From: Eledone cirrhosa
Taxonomy: Eukaryota
Length of the DNA stretch: 64,000 nt
Reading direction: 5' to 3'
NCBI GenBank assembly: GCA_964016885.1
Contig: OZ024741.1
Location: 223,448,001-223,512,000 of the forward strand
Under the pieces are notes generated by a model that had not been told where the DNA came from, did not search any database, and saw only the letters and a program-made list of their open reading frames with translations. The translations under genes were made by a program, and so were the position numbers. Below, in pieces: positions 61,311 to 64,000 of this stretch (the first letter of the stretch is position 1; every line of letters starts with the position of its first letter).

Positions 61311-63429
61311 GTACTCCTCCTCCTCCTCATCATCATCATCATCACCATCACCATCACCACCATCATCATCGTTCAGAGTATTGATAAGTAGAAATGTCAA
61401 ACAGAATAGCTTCCAGTATTTAGCTTCAGACCCTTATGTTCTGTGTTTAAATCCTGATATGTCTGACGTCTGGGGTGACTAAAATAAAGCACCCTTCAAG
61501 TACTAACATAGATTTAACTGACTATATCATCCCATAGAAATGTGTGGCCATGTGCTTAAGTGAGAGAAGGCAGTGGATTAGCATAATTGTTAATGTGTCG
61601 GACAAAATGCTTTACGGTATTTATTCCAATTCATTACGTTCTGAGTTTGAAACCCAACAAGATCAACTTTACCTTCATCCTTGCAGGATTGATAAATTAT
61701 AGTACCAGTCAAATACCAGGTCGATGTAATCAACTTACTAATATAAACTGTGTTACAATGCTTAAATACCAGTCTACATATAAATCAATAGGGGAATCTT
61801 TATAGTCGCTCAACCTGCCAGAAATAGCAGCAAGATCTTGCTCAAATCATACCCTACCATTTTTAAAAAAGGAAGTACACATTGAACAATGTAAACCTAG
61901 ATATCACAAAAAATAGTGGAATCATAAATTGTTGGAATGCCTTTGATTATAAGTCTACTCAATCATGGCTGATATCGGGCTAAAAAAATTCTATTCTACA
62001 CTTTCTTACTATAAATACATTGTAGTTTATATCTTGTGTTGCTTTGCTTACATAATGTTACACAACATTGTACTGAACTTACAACAAACACCAACAAGCA
62101 GTTTATAGCCATTTTCCCTGCCAAAGCATGGATTAGTCTTGCAGCTCCTATAACAAGCTCCTCCATTTTTCCTCCTCACCAACTTCCTGGCTTTGATTTC
62201 CTCCTCTTTTTGTCCTCAGCCATGTCTTCCTTGGTCTTCCCCTTCCTCTACATTTTCCACATTCATTTCCATCACTCCTTTCACCAAAGGGCTTTGTGGG
62301 GGACTCAAACTGTAATATGAATAAGCATTGTTGAGTGTTTAAGAAATTAGCTTCACAATCACGAAATCCAAAGTTTGATCCCATTGCATGGCATCTTGGG
62401 CAAATGTCTTTACCTTCAGATCAATCCAAGCCTTGTGAATGAAACTAGGTTGGATATCAGTTGTAGTCTAACATCATATCCAGGGAGAAAGTTAGTTTTG
62501 ATCATCTAGTTATCATAACAGAATCCTAACTTAGGTACCACTTAGCTTGTATGGATCCTGTATGAAAGGTTAACTGAAATTTCATTAATATTATAGTTTT
62601 TTTTTTTTACTGCAGGGCTGTGTGTAAAGATTCAAAGATGAAGCTGTGAAGTTGTTGTCATCACCATTGCTGCTGCCCATCTTCATTGGGGTAACAGAAG
62701 TCAGCCCTGTTTTTTGTAAACCTACAGCTTAGGAAGATTTAGCTGATAGAATGCAGTATTCAAACAGCTCCCTCTGCTGTGGTCAGGCCAACCTATGTCT
62801 ATTGAGAAACATGACACATCCCATTCTTTGATTTAAAACTTAAAAAGCATTCAGTTGTTATTCTAAAGACATTGGAGATATTTTTTAGGAAAAACTGTTG
62901 ATGTGACATCATGAAGGTTAAACAATTATATATAAGGTTCCTTGCAGGAACATTTGATACCTATCGTTGTTTCTAACTACCACATTTCCTGGAATCAGTG
63001 ATGTTATTTCTCTCCTAAAATAAGTCTCAAATATTTACTGTACATTCAACTAGCATGGGTTGGACAAATTCTATCCAACACAGTATTCCTCCACACATTG
63101 CAGTCCTTCATCATCTCCTCTGTCAGCTTCAGCAATTTGAGATCAGTTCTCACAACCTTCTTTGGTCTCCCTCCACTGAAACTTCCTTCCACTGGGATTT
63201 CTATAAAAACAAATATTAAAAGATTATTTTTTTAGATATATGTAATCACACAAATTAATTCCCCCGTGTATATGACCTCTGAATGAAATGTATAAATTTT
63301 ATTTTGTTAAGATAGTAAATAAACAAAAATGTATCATTAAAAGATGTTTTTTTAATATTTGTAGTTACAGAAATTAATTCCCATATTAACAGTTGCCAAA
63401 CCTAGTGACTATTAGGAATGTTATGTTAT

Positions 63430-63605
63430 ACAGTGAAATACCATTATAACAAAATTTACAGGGTATAAAAAAATTCTTTGTAACAAGATCGACCTAACAC
63501 ATCAAACGTGTGGCCAAGGATTGAAGAAAATTTCGTTTTACTGAAAAATTCGTTATAATGGTATTTGTTATATGGGAATTTACCTATATGGGAATTTTAC
63601 CTGAT
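63430..63605. mobile_element. Possible degenerate Tigger/pogo-type MITE
   Basis: tacagtgaaataccattataac start with inverted gttataatggtattt. Confidence 0.35.
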
Positions 63606-64000
63606 GACTGTTTCCATTTATATTAACGGGCATGTTTTATATAAATTTTAATATCATTTTAAAGTGGTATTAACATATGACAAACAAATTAAGTTTACGG
63701 TATGTTTAAAAATATTATTCAGTGAAAGTAAAATAAATAAAAAATACAGACATCTTGGTAAAGTAAGGAAAAGTTTTGAAATCTTGTTTGTATGTTTATC
63801 TTTTTTTTTTTCATTCAAAATTTCCAAATCAAAATTAGAGCGCATCTTTGAGGCAGGAAATATGATAGTTTTCAATATATATATATTTCCTTCTGACCTT
63901 TTCTCTACCTTCTCAATGATCTGAAACAATATGATGCTTTCTGAAATCTGACTTAAACATTTTTTTTTAAATGTATCTCATCCCTCTCGAGTGCAAAGTT

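Overview
AT-rich, repeat-dense animal genomic DNA. The SINE/RTE/microsatellite landscape suggests a mollusc, probably an octopod cephalopod, but this is inference only. There is one 200-N assembly gap. The single confidently supported host gene is a + strand lebercilin (LCA5-family) ciliary gene. I assembled it by hand from five phase-compatible GT-AG coding exons (23741-24014, 30469-30977, 32293-32430, 45827-46018, 52404-53546), giving about 751 aa. Nearly everything else is mobile DNA: several RTE-clade LINE families, a near full-length decayed CR1-clade LINE, two Tx1/L1-clade fragments, R4/Dong-type RT+RLE elements, tRNA-derived SINEs, Helitron remnants, a mariner remnant, TTAA (piggyBac-type) MITEs, foldback palindromes and a candidate solo LTR. 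I found no prokaryote-type system, CRISPR array or RNA gene. The most notable observations are: a twin-priming-type 5' inversion in an RTE LINE; a mosaic SINE built from two different RTE 3' ends; Tx1 and R4 elements sitting in microsatellites; a tandem amplification of a decayed RT active-site motif; inverted LINE pairs flanking a symmetric LCA5 exon; and a candidate RFX/forkhead internal promoter. All coordinates were read by eye, and mobile-element boundaries are approximate unless a target-site duplication (TSD) or terminal inverted repeat (TIR) is quoted.
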